From assembly GCA_963664875.1 (NCBI GenBank), contig OY761611.1, positions 3,040,001 through 3,104,000 of the forward strand: DNA of 64,000 nt, written 5' to 3'. The translations under genes were made by a program, and so were the position numbers. Each line of letters opens with the position of its first letter. Positions within the stretch are counted from its first letter, which is position 1. The notes beneath the pieces were generated by a model. That model was given only the letters and a program-made list of their open reading frames with translations, was not told the DNA's origin and did no database searches. This document shows positions 48,801 through 58,250 of this stretch, in pieces. This DNA comes from Candidatus Kapaibacterium sp. Its GTDB lineage: Bacteria > Bacteroidota > Ignavibacteria > Kapaibacteriales > UBA2268.

Positions 48801-51569
48801 ATGAAACAGATTTTTGTGGCGATGTTGATTCTGTCGCTTTCCTTGCCTATGGCTTTTGCTAAAAGACCATCTTTTCCTCCTAAGGAAGACCCTGCTAAAA
48901 GGGATGAGTGGTTGAGAAGTACTTATATCAATCCTAATGATAAAAACATCCCTGAAAATATTGATGCATTGCAAAGAAATTATGCATCTACTTTGCCGGT
49001 TGCTCCCGAGGGTTTTCTGGCAAAAGGTTCTAACGTTCAGTCCCAAACTTGGCTGTCTGCCGGGCCTAACAATATTGGAGGGCGTACAAGGGCTGTGGCT
49101 TTTGACGTAAGCAATCCAAATATTTTGATAGCCGGCGGTGTTTCCGGTGGGATTTGGCGTTCGGTGGATGGAGGTCAATCATGGGTGCAGACAACCGGTA
49201 AAAAGGAAGTCCCCTCTGTTACTACTATAGTGCAGGATAGACGCCCGGGCAAGACTCACATCTGGTATTTTGCCGGAGGCGAAGTATTCGGTAACTCTGC
49301 CGGAACGAGCAAAGGTACAAGCTATTACGGTAATGGTATTTACAAATCAACTGATAACGGTTTGACTTGGGCACCGCTACCCGGTACTTCTTCAGATTCG
49401 CCACACAGATACGACACATTTGACCAAATTCACAGACTTGTTTTAGATCATAAAACCTTAGATCAGGATATTATTTATGCAGCTTCTGTCGGTGGAGTAT
49501 TCCGCTCATCTGACGGAGGCGAATCTTGGACTACAGTCCTTGGTGATGCATCAGATTTAAACAATGGTCCTCAGCATACTGAAATTGTTATGTCTGAATT
49601 TGGAATCTTGTATGCTGCTTTGAGCAGCAACAGTTCAAACTGGTCAAGTGCAACTCAGTCTGGTTTCTTTAGATCTACTGACGGCATCGAGTGGGAAGAA
49701 ATCACTCCTGACGGTTTTCTAAAAGGTAGCAGACGCACTGTAATAGCTGCTGCTGCAGACGATAAGCTGGTTTATTTTTTGACTTATCACTCCAATAACA
49801 ACGGTACTTATTGCCCTGACGGCTATGGCTGTTCTTCGCTTTACGTTGTAGATGATAACTCCAATCCGGGTGATTGGTACGATCTCTCAGAAAATCTGCC
49901 AATAATCAACAGCGGCTTGAATTACGGAATTTTCAAATCACAGAGTGGCTATAATATGTGTATCGCAGTTAAACCTGATGATTCATATTATGTTGTGATT
50001 GGCGGTACTAATTTGTATGTGTCGTCATATTCCTTTATGTCATCGGAAAATACCAAATGGGTTGGAGGTTACAATCCTGATTATGACCCAACAATTTTCT
50101 CTGATTACAACGCTACATGGCTTGAAAAAATTGCTGAATGGCGCAATATGATGTTCCCGACTAGTGGCTGGGATTTCCATACAATTGTCTTTCATCCTGA
50201 CAATCCCGATATCATGATTACAGGTAGTGACCATGGGCTTCATCGAGTAAATAATTTCAAAGAAGCATACAAATCCGGGAACTTCACTTGGGATGACTTG
50301 AATAATGGCTACAACACCACTCAGTTTTACGATTGCAGCATTCATCCAACCGAAGCCGGAAATGAAACTATCATCGGTGGTATGCAGGATAACGGCACTT
50401 GGGGCACTTTTACTTCCAATGTTGAGTTTGAAGAGATGACCGGTGGTGATGGTATGCACTCTGTTATCAATCAAAACGGTGATATACTTGTATCTTCCCA
50501 AATGGGCTATATAATGAGAATGATTTATGAAGATGGCAAACTCGTTGGGGGCTACCAATTCCAACCGGAAGATCATCTTGGAATTCAATTTTCCTTCTAC
50601 AATCCGTTTGAAATCAATCCGAATAACACTAATTCTTTAGTTATGGGAGCTGCATCAGGTATCGTCTATTGTTCTGATTATACTGATGGTAAAAAGGCTT
50701 ACCAGAACTGGTCTTTTAGAGATATGGGGTGGGTGAATATTACTTCTATGGCTTTTGCTACTACTCCCGCAAATACGCTTTACGTAGGAACAAGTTACAA
50801 AGGTATTTACAAAATTGCTGATGTTACAAACTCTTCTTCAAATATTAAACAGATTAGCTACCCATCTGACGTTAATTATGGCTATACTTCTGATATTTGG
50901 GTAGATCCTATGAATGGAGACCACATAATTGCCATTATCTCTAATTATTATTCCAGAAGCATTCTGGAAACTACTGATGGTGGAGATTCTTGGACTGATC
51001 ATGGTGGTAATCTCGAAGAATTCGAAGATGGAAGCGGCTCAGGTCCTTCTGTAAGGTCGTATGCAAGATTGAATACTAAAGATGGTGTTGTGCATTTTGT
51101 TGGTACTTCTGCCGGGCTTTACTCCACTAAAAACTTAGATGGTGCTAATACTGAATGGATCAGAGAAGGCGAAAATACCATCGGTATGGCAGTCGTTTCT
51201 AAAGTACACGCAAGACAATCCGACGGCAGAATAGTTGTTTCTACTCATGGTAACGGACTATTCAAAACTAACTATTCTACTTCTATCGAAGATTTCGACG
51301 CTGCGAGCCTTGGCTTTGCTATCTCTGAAATATATCCTAATCCGTCGGCAGGTATGTTACATTTTGTAATCAATTCTGACGATAGAGCTTTTGTAGAAGC
51401 TCGCCTTTTAGATTTGCAGGGCAAAGAAATTGCTAAAGTTATTTCGGAAGAGTTCTCCGGTACTAAAAAAGTACATTACGATGCTACTAATTTACCTAAC
51501 GGTACTTACTTCCTAAATATAAGCGATGGAACGCATTTTGTTACTAAAAAGATTAGCATAGCAAAATAA
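48801..51569 (+). CDS. Secreted BNR/Asp-box beta-propeller (VPS10/sortilin-like) protein with T9SS sorting domain
   Basis: GPNNIGGRTRA, repeated S.DGG.SW Asp-boxes, GGMQDNG, STHGNG; C-terminal YPNP...LPNGTYFL. Confidence 0.85.
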   Translation: MKQIFVAMLILSLSLPMAFAKRPSFPPKEDPAKRDEWLRSTYINPNDKNIPENIDALQRNYASTLPVAPEGFLAKGSNVQSQTWLSAGPNNIGGRTRAVAFDVSNPNILIAGGVSGGIWRSVDGGQSWVQTTGKKEVPSVTTIVQDRRPGKTHIWYFAGGEVFGNSAGTSKGTSYYGNGIYKSTDNGLTWAPLPGTSSDSPHRYDTFDQIHRLVLDHKTLDQDIIYAASVGGVFRSSDGGESWTTVLGDASDLNNGPQHTEIVMSEFGILYAALSSNSSNWSSATQSGFFRSTDGIEWEEITPDGFLKGSRRTVIAAAADDKLVYFLTYHSNNNGTYCPDGYGCSSLYVVDDNSNPGDWYDLSENLPIINSGLNYGIFKSQSGYNMCIAVKPDDSYYVVIGGTNLYVSSYSFMSSENTKWVGGYNPDYDPTIFSDYNATWLEKIAEWRNMMFPTSGWDFHTIVFHPDNPDIMITGSDHGLHRVNNFKEAYKSGNFTWDDLNNGYNTTQFYDCSIHPTEAGNETIIGGMQDNGTWGTFTSNVEFEEMTGGDGMHSVINQNGDILVSSQMGYIMRMIYEDGKLVGGYQFQPEDHLGIQFSFYNPFEINPNNTNSLVMGAASGIVYCSDYTDGKKAYQNWSFRDMGWVNITSMAFATTPANTLYVGTSYKGIYKIADVTNSSSNIKQISYPSDVNYGYTSDIWVDPMNGDHIIAIISNYYSRSILETTDGGDSWTDHGGNLEEFEDGSGSGPSVRSYARLNTKDGVVHFVGTSAGLYSTKNLDGANTEWIREGENTIGMAVVSKVHARQSDGRIVVSTHGNGLFKTNYSTSIEDFDAASLGFAISEIYPNPSAGMLHFVINSDDRAFVEARLLDLQGKEIAKVISEEFSGTKKVHYDATNLPNGTYFLNISDGTHFVTKKISIAK

Positions 51570-51612
51570 ATCTTCTTCTGCTCACAAATGGCAGATGTAA
51601 AATAAAGTATTA

Positions 51613-51652
51613 TCCCCAAAATGACTATAAATCGTTTTGGGGATTTTTTATT
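51613..51652 (+). terminator. Intrinsic terminator
   Basis: TCCCCAAAA..TTTTGGGGA stem followed by T-runs. Confidence 0.75.
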
Positions 51653-51706
51653 TTGTCTCTCTCTATTGACTTTCCTGCAGGAAGAACATCCGAATCATTG
51701 ATTACT

Positions 51707-51886
51707 CTACTTCAACTTTACTTTCTTGAAATATAAAAACATATAAAATACTAAACTCAGCACGAGAAATACTATGTTTACCAATCGTGCAAAGGGCGGA
51801 GCTGCCTCAGGATATATCTGCCCTAGTAACACAACGGAATTTAGCACTAAAAGCACTATAATCAGTTTGCGGAAGAAGTTGCTCAT
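51707..51886 (-). CDS. Small two-transmembrane hairpin membrane protein (absent from ORF track)
   Basis: Hand translation MSNFFRKLIIVLLVLNSVVLLGQIYPEAAPPFARLVNIVFLVLSLVFYMFLYFKKVKLK (59 aa): two hydrophobic helices, Pro-rich loop, basic termini. Confidence 0.7.
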   Translation of the reverse strand: MSNFFRKLIIVLLVLNSVVLLGQIYPEAAPPFARLVNIVFLVLSLVFYMFLYFKKVKLK

Positions 51887-51995
51887 CTATCTGTCTCTAA
51901 ATATTTCACACATCATTTGAATATATACAAACAAAAAACTCGCCAAAATAGTTTCCCCATTATGACGAGTCTCAAATTATAAACAGAAAAAACAT

Positions 51996-52436
51996 CTACA
52001 TACTTTCTTTGATATTTCTTTCCATTTTATCAATAATCGCTATTAGCTGCTGCTGTTCTTCATTGCTGACCCCTTTTAGAGCAATATCCATAGAGTCTTG
52101 CCAGCATTGTTGCACTTTGTCTTTGATTTTATCAGCTTTGGGCAATATCTCCACTATAATTTTGCGAGAATCTGTTTCGCTTTGCTTTTTAGTAATATAA
52201 CCTGCAAACTCCAATTTCGTAACAATTCGCGTTACATTAGCGAAATCCTTATTGGTTTTTTCAGCAATCTCGCCTATTGTCATGCCGTCCTGCTGCCACA
52301 GATAATATAACACTACCCACTGATCCGGGGTAATCTCCACCTGATTTTTAGCAATTATTCTAAAAATATGCCTTTTGAGCAAAGCACCAAGCATCGCTAC
52401 ACGATGGTTTGCTGATTCTTCAAGATTAATCTTCAT
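51996..52436 (-). CDS. MarR-family transcriptional regulator
   Basis: ITPDQWVVL, NVTRIVTKLE..GYI and DSR motifs. Confidence 0.92.
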   Translation of the reverse strand: MKINLEESANHRVAMLGALLKRHIFRIIAKNQVEITPDQWVVLYYLWQQDGMTIGEIAEKTNKDFANVTRIVTKLEFAGYITKKQSETDSRKIIVEILPKADKIKDKVQQCWQDSMDIALKGVSNEEQQQLIAIIDKMERNIKESM

Positions 52437-53142
52437 TGCCTGTTATTCTCTTTCTTACGTTTTTCCAACCATGAGTGCCTTGCAGACAAGATTCGTTAAA
52501 TGTATGATACATTTCTTTAAATCTTGACATTGGGACTGATAAGCTTATAATATCTGCTTCTACCTGCGGTCTTACTGACGGATCGAACATTCCTAAATAT
52601 GTTTTATATCCGTTCCTTCTGTTTTCTGTTATTGTCTGTGCTACTGTCGCACTGCAACCTGAAGCAAAAGGTACGCAAACTGCATCGTCTCTGTTATGGT
52701 CAAAATGCACCCATGAAACAAGGCCCGACATAACATCAGGATTTGCAAAAAACACAAGACCTTCTGCTGATTCAAAATTATCAATCTGAGTTATAGATGC
52801 AAAATTAAGGTATTTACCTGACATGTCTATGAGTTCTAAACCTTTTACAAAGTCTATCATCTGCTCAGGTACATCTTTGTATCTTTCTTTTAGTGATACA
52901 TAAGGAGGAATAAACTCCGGCATTTCGATGAAACCGCAGTAAAGTTTTCCGCCAGGGCAGTAAATGGCGTCCACATCAAAACTGACAACTCCGCCATCGC
53001 GAGCAGGTTTAAGGTTGTGCATAAAGCAACCTTTTGATTTCAAAATTTCACCGGCAGGCGACTCAGAGTACCACACTGCAACAGGTAATTCATAGTTGCC
53101 AAAGGCTTCTTTGTACATTTCGATAAACTTGTCGATGTTCAT
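52426..53142 (-). CDS. DUF169-like protein
   Basis: LPVAVWY, CPGGKLYCGF, FFANPD..SGL, PF.SGC and GMFDPSVR motifs. Confidence 0.75.
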   Translation of the reverse strand: MNIDKFIEMYKEAFGNYELPVAVWYSESPAGEILKSKGCFMHNLKPARDGGVVSFDVDAIYCPGGKLYCGFIEMPEFIPPYVSLKERYKDVPEQMIDFVKGLELIDMSGKYLNFASITQIDNFESAEGLVFFANPDVMSGLVSWVHFDHNRDDAVCVPFASGCSATVAQTITENRRNGYKTYLGMFDPSVRPQVEADIISLSVPMSRFKEMYHTFNESCLQGTHGWKNVRKRITGNED

Positions 53143-53170
53143 ATTGCACCATCAGATTGATTGATAGAAA

Positions 53171-53215
53171 TACTTGTTATGACAAATATAAAAACAATAT
53201 TTGACATGACAAGTA
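53171..53215. promoter_or_regulatory. Pair of palindromic operator-like boxes (putative MarR sites)
   Basis: TACTTGTTATGACAAATAT (53171-53189) and ATATTTGACATGACAAGTA (53197-53215) are 17/19 reverse complements, each built on a TTGTCATGACAA-like palindrome. Confidence 0.65.
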
Positions 53216-53233
53216 AAAAACATCAAACTTACC

Positions 53234-53857
53234 TTACCCTATCTTTTTCAGCAATTTATTTAATCTTTTCGCCTGCGATTCCCTTTCGCATTCCGGCAAT
53301 CGCTTACTGATAATATCGGCGTAAATAGATTTATTTTCCTCTCTGATGCAGACAAGGCACTTTTCCATATACTGGGGTAGCTGCTTTATGGGGCATTTCC
53401 AAAGCTGCTCAGTCAGCAGCGGTTCGACCGCGTTTGTGTATTCGGTGTGGACATTCAGATTAGCAAGTATCCCAATTCCTGCGTCTATAGTGATTACAGA
53501 GCCTTTTTCGATAGTGGTGCTAATCAGCTCCAAACTTGCGAAAATCTCTTTGTGAGCAAGGTGAGAAATAGTCATCAGGGCAATCATTCCGCCCCAGACA
53601 AGCCTGTTATTTTTGCTCGAAAGCAGAGACAAAAACTCAGCAGGAAATCCCGCAATCAGCTCCGGTTTGATATAACCCGTTTCATAAAGAGCCTTGATGC
53701 ACTCAGACTGCACCTTCTTATCTTTATTTTTTAGGTTATCAATCAGCTCCCTGACATAATCATGGTTCTCTGTTTCAGCAATCTCTTTGGCAAGCTCAAT
53801 CTCATTTTGGTTGCCGGTTGCACCAATAGCTGAGGATAAGCGGTTTAGAATGGACAT
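53234..53857 (-). CDS. Hypothetical helical (HEAT-repeat-like) protein
   Basis: 207-aa ORF with AAGGA ribosome-binding site; helical repeat-like sequence (CIKALYE.GY..PELI, SKNNRLVWGGMIAL). Confidence 0.7.
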   Translation of the reverse strand: MSILNRLSSAIGATGNQNEIELAKEIAETENHDYVRELIDNLKNKDKKVQSECIKALYETGYIKPELIAGFPAEFLSLLSSKNNRLVWGGMIALMTISHLAHKEIFASLELISTTIEKGSVITIDAGIGILANLNVHTEYTNAVEPLLTEQLWKCPIKQLPQYMEKCLVCIREENKSIYADIISKRLPECERESQAKRLNKLLKKIG

Positions 53858-53993
53858 TTTTGTTTATCCTTTTTATTATATTCTTTCTTATTCAATAATA
53901 CTAAAAAATAAATCGTTTATTGTATTATTCTTGCAAACTACATATCTTTGATTAAGTTATCTATGCAAAATATTCCCAATAGAGCAAGTGAAT

Positions 53994-54671
53994 ATGAAAT
54001 TGTTAGTTATAGAGGATGAGAAGGAACTTTTATTAGCTATTGAAAAGTTTATGCTGACTGATGGTTATAAATGTGATACAGCCTCTGATTTTCAGACTGC
54101 CTCGCAGAAAATTTGGGATTTTAAATATGATATGATTGTGCTGGATATTATGCTTCCCGATGGTAATGGATTGAAACTATTGGATGAAATAAAAGAGAAT
54201 CAGGGCGATGCCGGAATTGTTATCATATCAGCTAAAGACTCGCTGGAAGATAAAATGAATGGGCTGGATCTGGGCGCTGATGATTATCTTACAAAACCTT
54301 TTCATATTGCTGAACTAAATTCACGTCTAAAAGCTCTTAACAGAAGAAGAGTTTCCAAAGGCCAGGCAACTATAGAATTTGGCGAGATTAAAATATTACC
54401 GGAAGAAAGAAAAGTATATGTTAAAACTAATCTGCTGGATCTGACAGGGAAGGAGTTTGATCTGCTACTTTTCTTTTATGCAAATAAGGATAGGGTGCTT
54501 ACAAAAGAATCTATCGTTGAGCACCTTTGGGGAGATTTTATTGATGCTTATGATAATTTAGATTTTATTTACACTCACTTGCGCAATCTAAGAAAAAAAA
54601 TCTCTGAGGCTGGAGCAGAAAATTACATTAAGACAGTATACGGTGTTGGCTACCAATTTAAGATTGACTAA
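53994..54671 (+). CDS. OmpR-family response regulator
   Basis: LLVIEDE, LDIMLPDG, GADDYLTKPF and IKTVYGVGY motifs. Confidence 0.95.
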   Translation: MKLLVIEDEKELLLAIEKFMLTDGYKCDTASDFQTASQKIWDFKYDMIVLDIMLPDGNGLKLLDEIKENQGDAGIVIISAKDSLEDKMNGLDLGADDYLTKPFHIAELNSRLKALNRRRVSKGQATIEFGEIKILPEERKVYVKTNLLDLTGKEFDLLLFFYANKDRVLTKESIVEHLWGDFIDAYDNLDFIYTHLRNLRKKISEAGAENYIKTVYGVGYQFKID

Positions 54672-55915
54672 TGAAACTTATATCAAAGATATCGCTATAT
54701 AATCTTATACTTATGATGCTTATTTATCTTGTACTAGGCGTTGTGGTTTTTAGTGGTGTTAAGTATATATATACAAAAGAATCTAAAGATGATTTATATG
54801 ATTTTAAAGATCTGATAGAAGATCAAATTCAAAACGGGATTTTCCCATCTAATCCGCCATATCTTGTAGTGGAAAAGCTTGAAGGTAAGCATAAAAAGAA
54901 AAAGGATTTTAAAGTAATCAAGATGAAGGATTATGATGATGATTCTGTAGATGACTTTTATGAATTGATCGCAGTTAAAAAGATAAAAGGTGCTTACTAT
55001 AGAATCAGTATAAGAAGTAAAATTATTGAATCAGAAGAGTTTCTGGAAACGATATTCAAATCACTAATAGCTTTGTTTTTTGTGCAGATTGTAATTACAG
55101 TAATTGTTAATTATAGAATTTCTAAAAAACTGTTTAAGCCATTTTATCAAATTTTGGAAGAACTTAAAAAGTTTTCTGTGAGCTCTCCGGATAAAACAAA
55201 CTTCCAACTTTCGGGAATACATGAATTTGAAGTATTGAAAGAATCTTTGAATCAGATGATTGATAAGATTATAAATGACTATAGCAATCTAAAAGAATTT
55301 ACTGAAAATGCCGCTCATGAGCTTCAAACTCCATTGAGTATAATGCAAAATAAAATTGAAAATATTATTCAAACTCCAAATTTGGATAAAGATGTTTTAG
55401 AAGAAATTATTTCAATTCAAAAAAGTATATCTAGACTCAGAAAGCTTAATAAATCTTTATTGCTGCTTGCCAAAGTTGAAAGCAGCACCTATTATAATAC
55501 TGAAGAAATCAATTTAAATGAAATTGTTCAAAACAATATAGATAGGCTTAATGATATTATTGATTTGAAAGAGATTAAACTGGAAATTGAAGAATCTCAG
55601 ACATGTATTACTACAATGAATAGAGATTTGGCGGATATTCTGATTGCTAATTTGATTGAAAATGCCATTAAGCATAGCCACTCAGGAGCCTTGCTTCAAC
55701 TAACTATACATTCTGATAAACTGATTATTTCAAATTCCGGAGATGCAATTATACCTAATTCAGCAGAAATATTTGAAAGATTCGCAAAAGGGAATCAGAG
55801 CGATTCTTCGCATGGGCTTGGTCTTGCAATAGTTGCCAAAATTTGTAATTTATTTGGTATTAAAATCAGATATAGCTACAAAAATTCCATGCATAATTTT
55901 ACCTTGGAAGTATAA
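54671..55915 (+). CDS. HAMP-domain sensor histidine kinase
   Basis: Two transmembrane segments; ENAAHELQTPL, NLIENAIKH, GLGLAIV. Confidence 0.93.
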   Translation: MKLISKISLYNLILMMLIYLVLGVVVFSGVKYIYTKESKDDLYDFKDLIEDQIQNGIFPSNPPYLVVEKLEGKHKKKKDFKVIKMKDYDDDSVDDFYELIAVKKIKGAYYRISIRSKIIESEEFLETIFKSLIALFFVQIVITVIVNYRISKKLFKPFYQILEELKKFSVSSPDKTNFQLSGIHEFEVLKESLNQMIDKIINDYSNLKEFTENAAHELQTPLSIMQNKIENIIQTPNLDKDVLEEIISIQKSISRLRKLNKSLLLLAKVESSTYYNTEEINLNEIVQNNIDRLNDIIDLKEIKLEIEESQTCITTMNRDLADILIANLIENAIKHSHSGALLQLTIHSDKLIISNSGDAIIPNSAEIFERFAKGNQSDSSHGLGLAIVAKICNLFGIKIRYSYKNSMHNFTLEV

Positions 55916-55934
55916 ATTTAAATTCTGCGTCTAA

Positions 55935-55956
55935 CTTCAGATTTGCTTTAGATTTG
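55935..55956 (+). promoter_or_regulatory. 11-bp tandem direct repeat, putative OmpR-family binding site
   Basis: CTTCAGATTTG-CTTTAGATTTG about 50 nt upstream of the PepSY-like gene. Confidence 0.55.
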
Positions 55957-56008
55957 TATACTAAATTTGTATCAAAGTTATTATCAAACAGATACAATAG
56001 GTGATATC

Positions 56009-56488
56009 ATGAAAAAAATCATAACAGTACTTTCCGCATTTCTACTAATTTTTGCTTTCATCAGTGTAAGCAGCTCTCAGGCAAAAAGCAAAAAAGTAAA
56101 AGCTCCGGCAGTAGTCCTCAATGCATTATCAGAGAATTTCAGCAATATTGAAGACTTAAAATGGGAACTTGAGAAAAACGGCAATTACGAAGCAGAATTT
56201 GAAATCGACGGAGTTGATTATAGTGCAGAATTTGACAAAAGCGGGAAAATGATCGAATCAGAGCATGAAATATCTACCAGCGACTTACCGGAAGCGGTAA
56301 CTAAAACAATCACATCTAAATATCCTGACTTCGAATTAGATGAAGCAGAATTAATGGAATCAGGCGAATATGGAAAAGCCTATGAAGTCAAAATTGAAAA
56401 AGAAGATGGCGACTTAGAAATCGAAATAGAAATTATAATAGACGCAAACGGCAAAATTTTGAAAGAAGAAAAAGAGATAGACGACTAA
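56009..56488 (+). CDS. Periplasmic PepSY-like (BLIP-like/DUF2874-type) repeat protein
   Basis: Signal peptide; repeats P..V...F......WE...YEAEF...FD..G and LPEAV..TI..KYP...YEV...D.NG.IL. Confidence 0.8.
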   Translation: MKKIITVLSAFLLIFAFISVSSSQAKSKKVKAPAVVLNALSENFSNIEDLKWELEKNGNYEAEFEIDGVDYSAEFDKSGKMIESEHEISTSDLPEAVTKTITSKYPDFELDEAELMESGEYGKAYEVKIEKEDGDLEIEIEIIIDANGKILKEEKEIDD

Positions 56489-56512
56489 GATCAACATAAA
56501 TCATAACATCTC

Positions 56513-56553
56513 AAACAAGCTCCTTCTAATAAAAAGTTGGGGCTTGTTTGCTT
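56513..56553 (+). terminator. Terminator-like hairpin
   Basis: AAACAAGCTCC..GGGGCTTGTTT stem between convergent genes. Confidence 0.6.
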
Positions 56554-56702
56554 TAGTCGTTCTAAGGCCTATACTTCCACTTTTTTGTTTCGGATGAATA
56601 TTCGAAATAATCATCAAAACCAATACTAAAAAAAATGCTATAGCATGAATCATTCAGCTTTTCATAGTATGGTCCAATACCCATTTTTTCTTCTTCGACA
56701 AT

Positions 56703-57989
56703 CTACTCAGAGTAGATATTTGATAAATAATATTTAATATATTTTAAGTATTCCTTTACTTCAATTTCAAATCTTTTTTTGTTCTCATTATAATACTGTT
56801 TAAACTCCTCAAAAATTGGGAATGGATTATTTCCAAAATAATAAAAGTTAGTTACTATAGACCAAGTTGGTTTTACGTCAATTTTTTTTATGTTTTGATA
56901 ACATAAAACTGACTTTAAGAAATTTTCTTTGATATTTTTTATATTTTCTACAGAGCTTAATCCGACGAAATTAAAAATATGCGGTAATGTTATATCAGTT
57001 AATTTATATATACTTGTATTAAAATCGTTTATATGTTTCAACCTTAATTTAGAATCTATATTTTCACAGAATTCCTTTTTTGATTTGTTAATATCATAGA
57101 AATTAGAATAATTAAGTAGCGTAATTGTTGTTAAAATAATGGCTTTCTGTGCAAAATTTTTATCACATATTGCTCCTTCGTGTATAACCTCATGTCGCTT
57201 GTCAATTATACTATCTTTACTGTCTTTAATTACTAATTTTTTTAATCTAGGATCTATGATTGTTTCTAACCGTTTCCTAAAATTTGAATAGCTAGTTTCA
57301 TCTTTTAATAATATCTCTAATGTAGTTACTGAACCCAATAGTTGACTGATAGAATTCGGTATATTTATATTTAAATAGAAATTTGTAATTGCACTTTTGA
57401 TATGTTTTGATTTTTTTGATTTAGATTTTACAATTTCATATAGACTCGTAAATCTTTCTGAGTTGAATATTTTAAGAAGGTTTGTTCTAGAGAAAACAAA
57501 AGGTTGTTTGGGGGAAAGCATTTTGAACTCTCCATTTGTAAAAGATTCATGACGTGATCGATGTCCATAGTTTGAAAAAATCTTAAGCCTTGAATAATAT
57601 TTAGGGTTGTACTGTTTCTCTAAAACTATACTATATTTGTGATTAGTTAGATATTGGAAAACTAAATTTATAAATCCAGCTACCTCGTATGCTCTTTGCA
57701 CAGCTTTATTTTGCATCTCGTTATCTAAGAGATGTACATCTTTAGAAATTTTACCAAAAGATTGAACTAGTAAGTAAGTGGTATCGCTGTCAAAGTCTGG
57801 GTAATTGTCTTTGAAGTTAGAGAAAGAATCAGTCATTTTTTTAAATTGACTTTTATTCACTAAGGTTGCATCATCAAAAATAAAATCTGACCAATCAAAT
57901 TGGTCTTCTATTCGGATACCTATAAGGTTGAATAGAAACCATGTTCTATTGCCTTTTTGTAAAGTACTAATCGTTCTTGACATGCACAT
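56703..57989 (-). CDS. HEPN-domain-containing protein (ApeA-like pattern)
   Basis: LLGSVTTLEILL...FRKRL...IDKRHEVIHEG contains the E...R-x4-H HEPN signature; very AT-rich gene. Confidence 0.65.
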   Translation of the reverse strand: MCMSRTISTLQKGNRTWFLFNLIGIRIEDQFDWSDFIFDDATLVNKSQFKKMTDSFSNFKDNYPDFDSDTTYLLVQSFGKISKDVHLLDNEMQNKAVQRAYEVAGFINLVFQYLTNHKYSIVLEKQYNPKYYSRLKIFSNYGHRSRHESFTNGEFKMLSPKQPFVFSRTNLLKIFNSERFTSLYEIVKSKSKKSKHIKSAITNFYLNINIPNSISQLLGSVTTLEILLKDETSYSNFRKRLETIIDPRLKKLVIKDSKDSIIDKRHEVIHEGAICDKNFAQKAIILTTITLLNYSNFYDINKSKKEFCENIDSKLRLKHINDFNTSIYKLTDITLPHIFNFVGLSSVENIKNIKENFLKSVLCYQNIKKIDVKPTWSIVTNFYYFGNNPFPIFEEFKQYYNENKKRFEIEVKEYLKYIKYYLSNIYSE

Positions 57990-58250
57990 AGTATTAATTC
58001 CTTGCTGTTTGTTAATTTAAGTTGAACTATTATAATAAATTATTGTAAATAATCTAGTTTATATTTACGGAATTAAAAAAGTCGCCACATCAAACTAAAG
58101 AAGTGGCAAGTTCTGTATAAATTGAATAGTAATTCGTCAAATGCATAAAAAATTTCTTCCTATCCATCAATAACTACTTGGATTTGATTTTCTAAGTTAA
58201 AACACAGAATGAGAAGTGGAGGTAAAGCGTTCTTTTTTCTTTTTCTTTGG

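Noticed and set aside
50040-50588. 182-aa antisense ORF and similar antisense ORFs (40810-41310, 42895-43320, 48723-49178, 59022-59516)
   Set aside because: They lie opposite well-supported genes and show no protein motifs.
51795-51825. GC-rich AGGGCGGA...TCTGCCCT hairpin suggesting a structured RNA
   Set aside because: Explained by the Pro/Ala codons of the 59-aa minus-strand microprotein.
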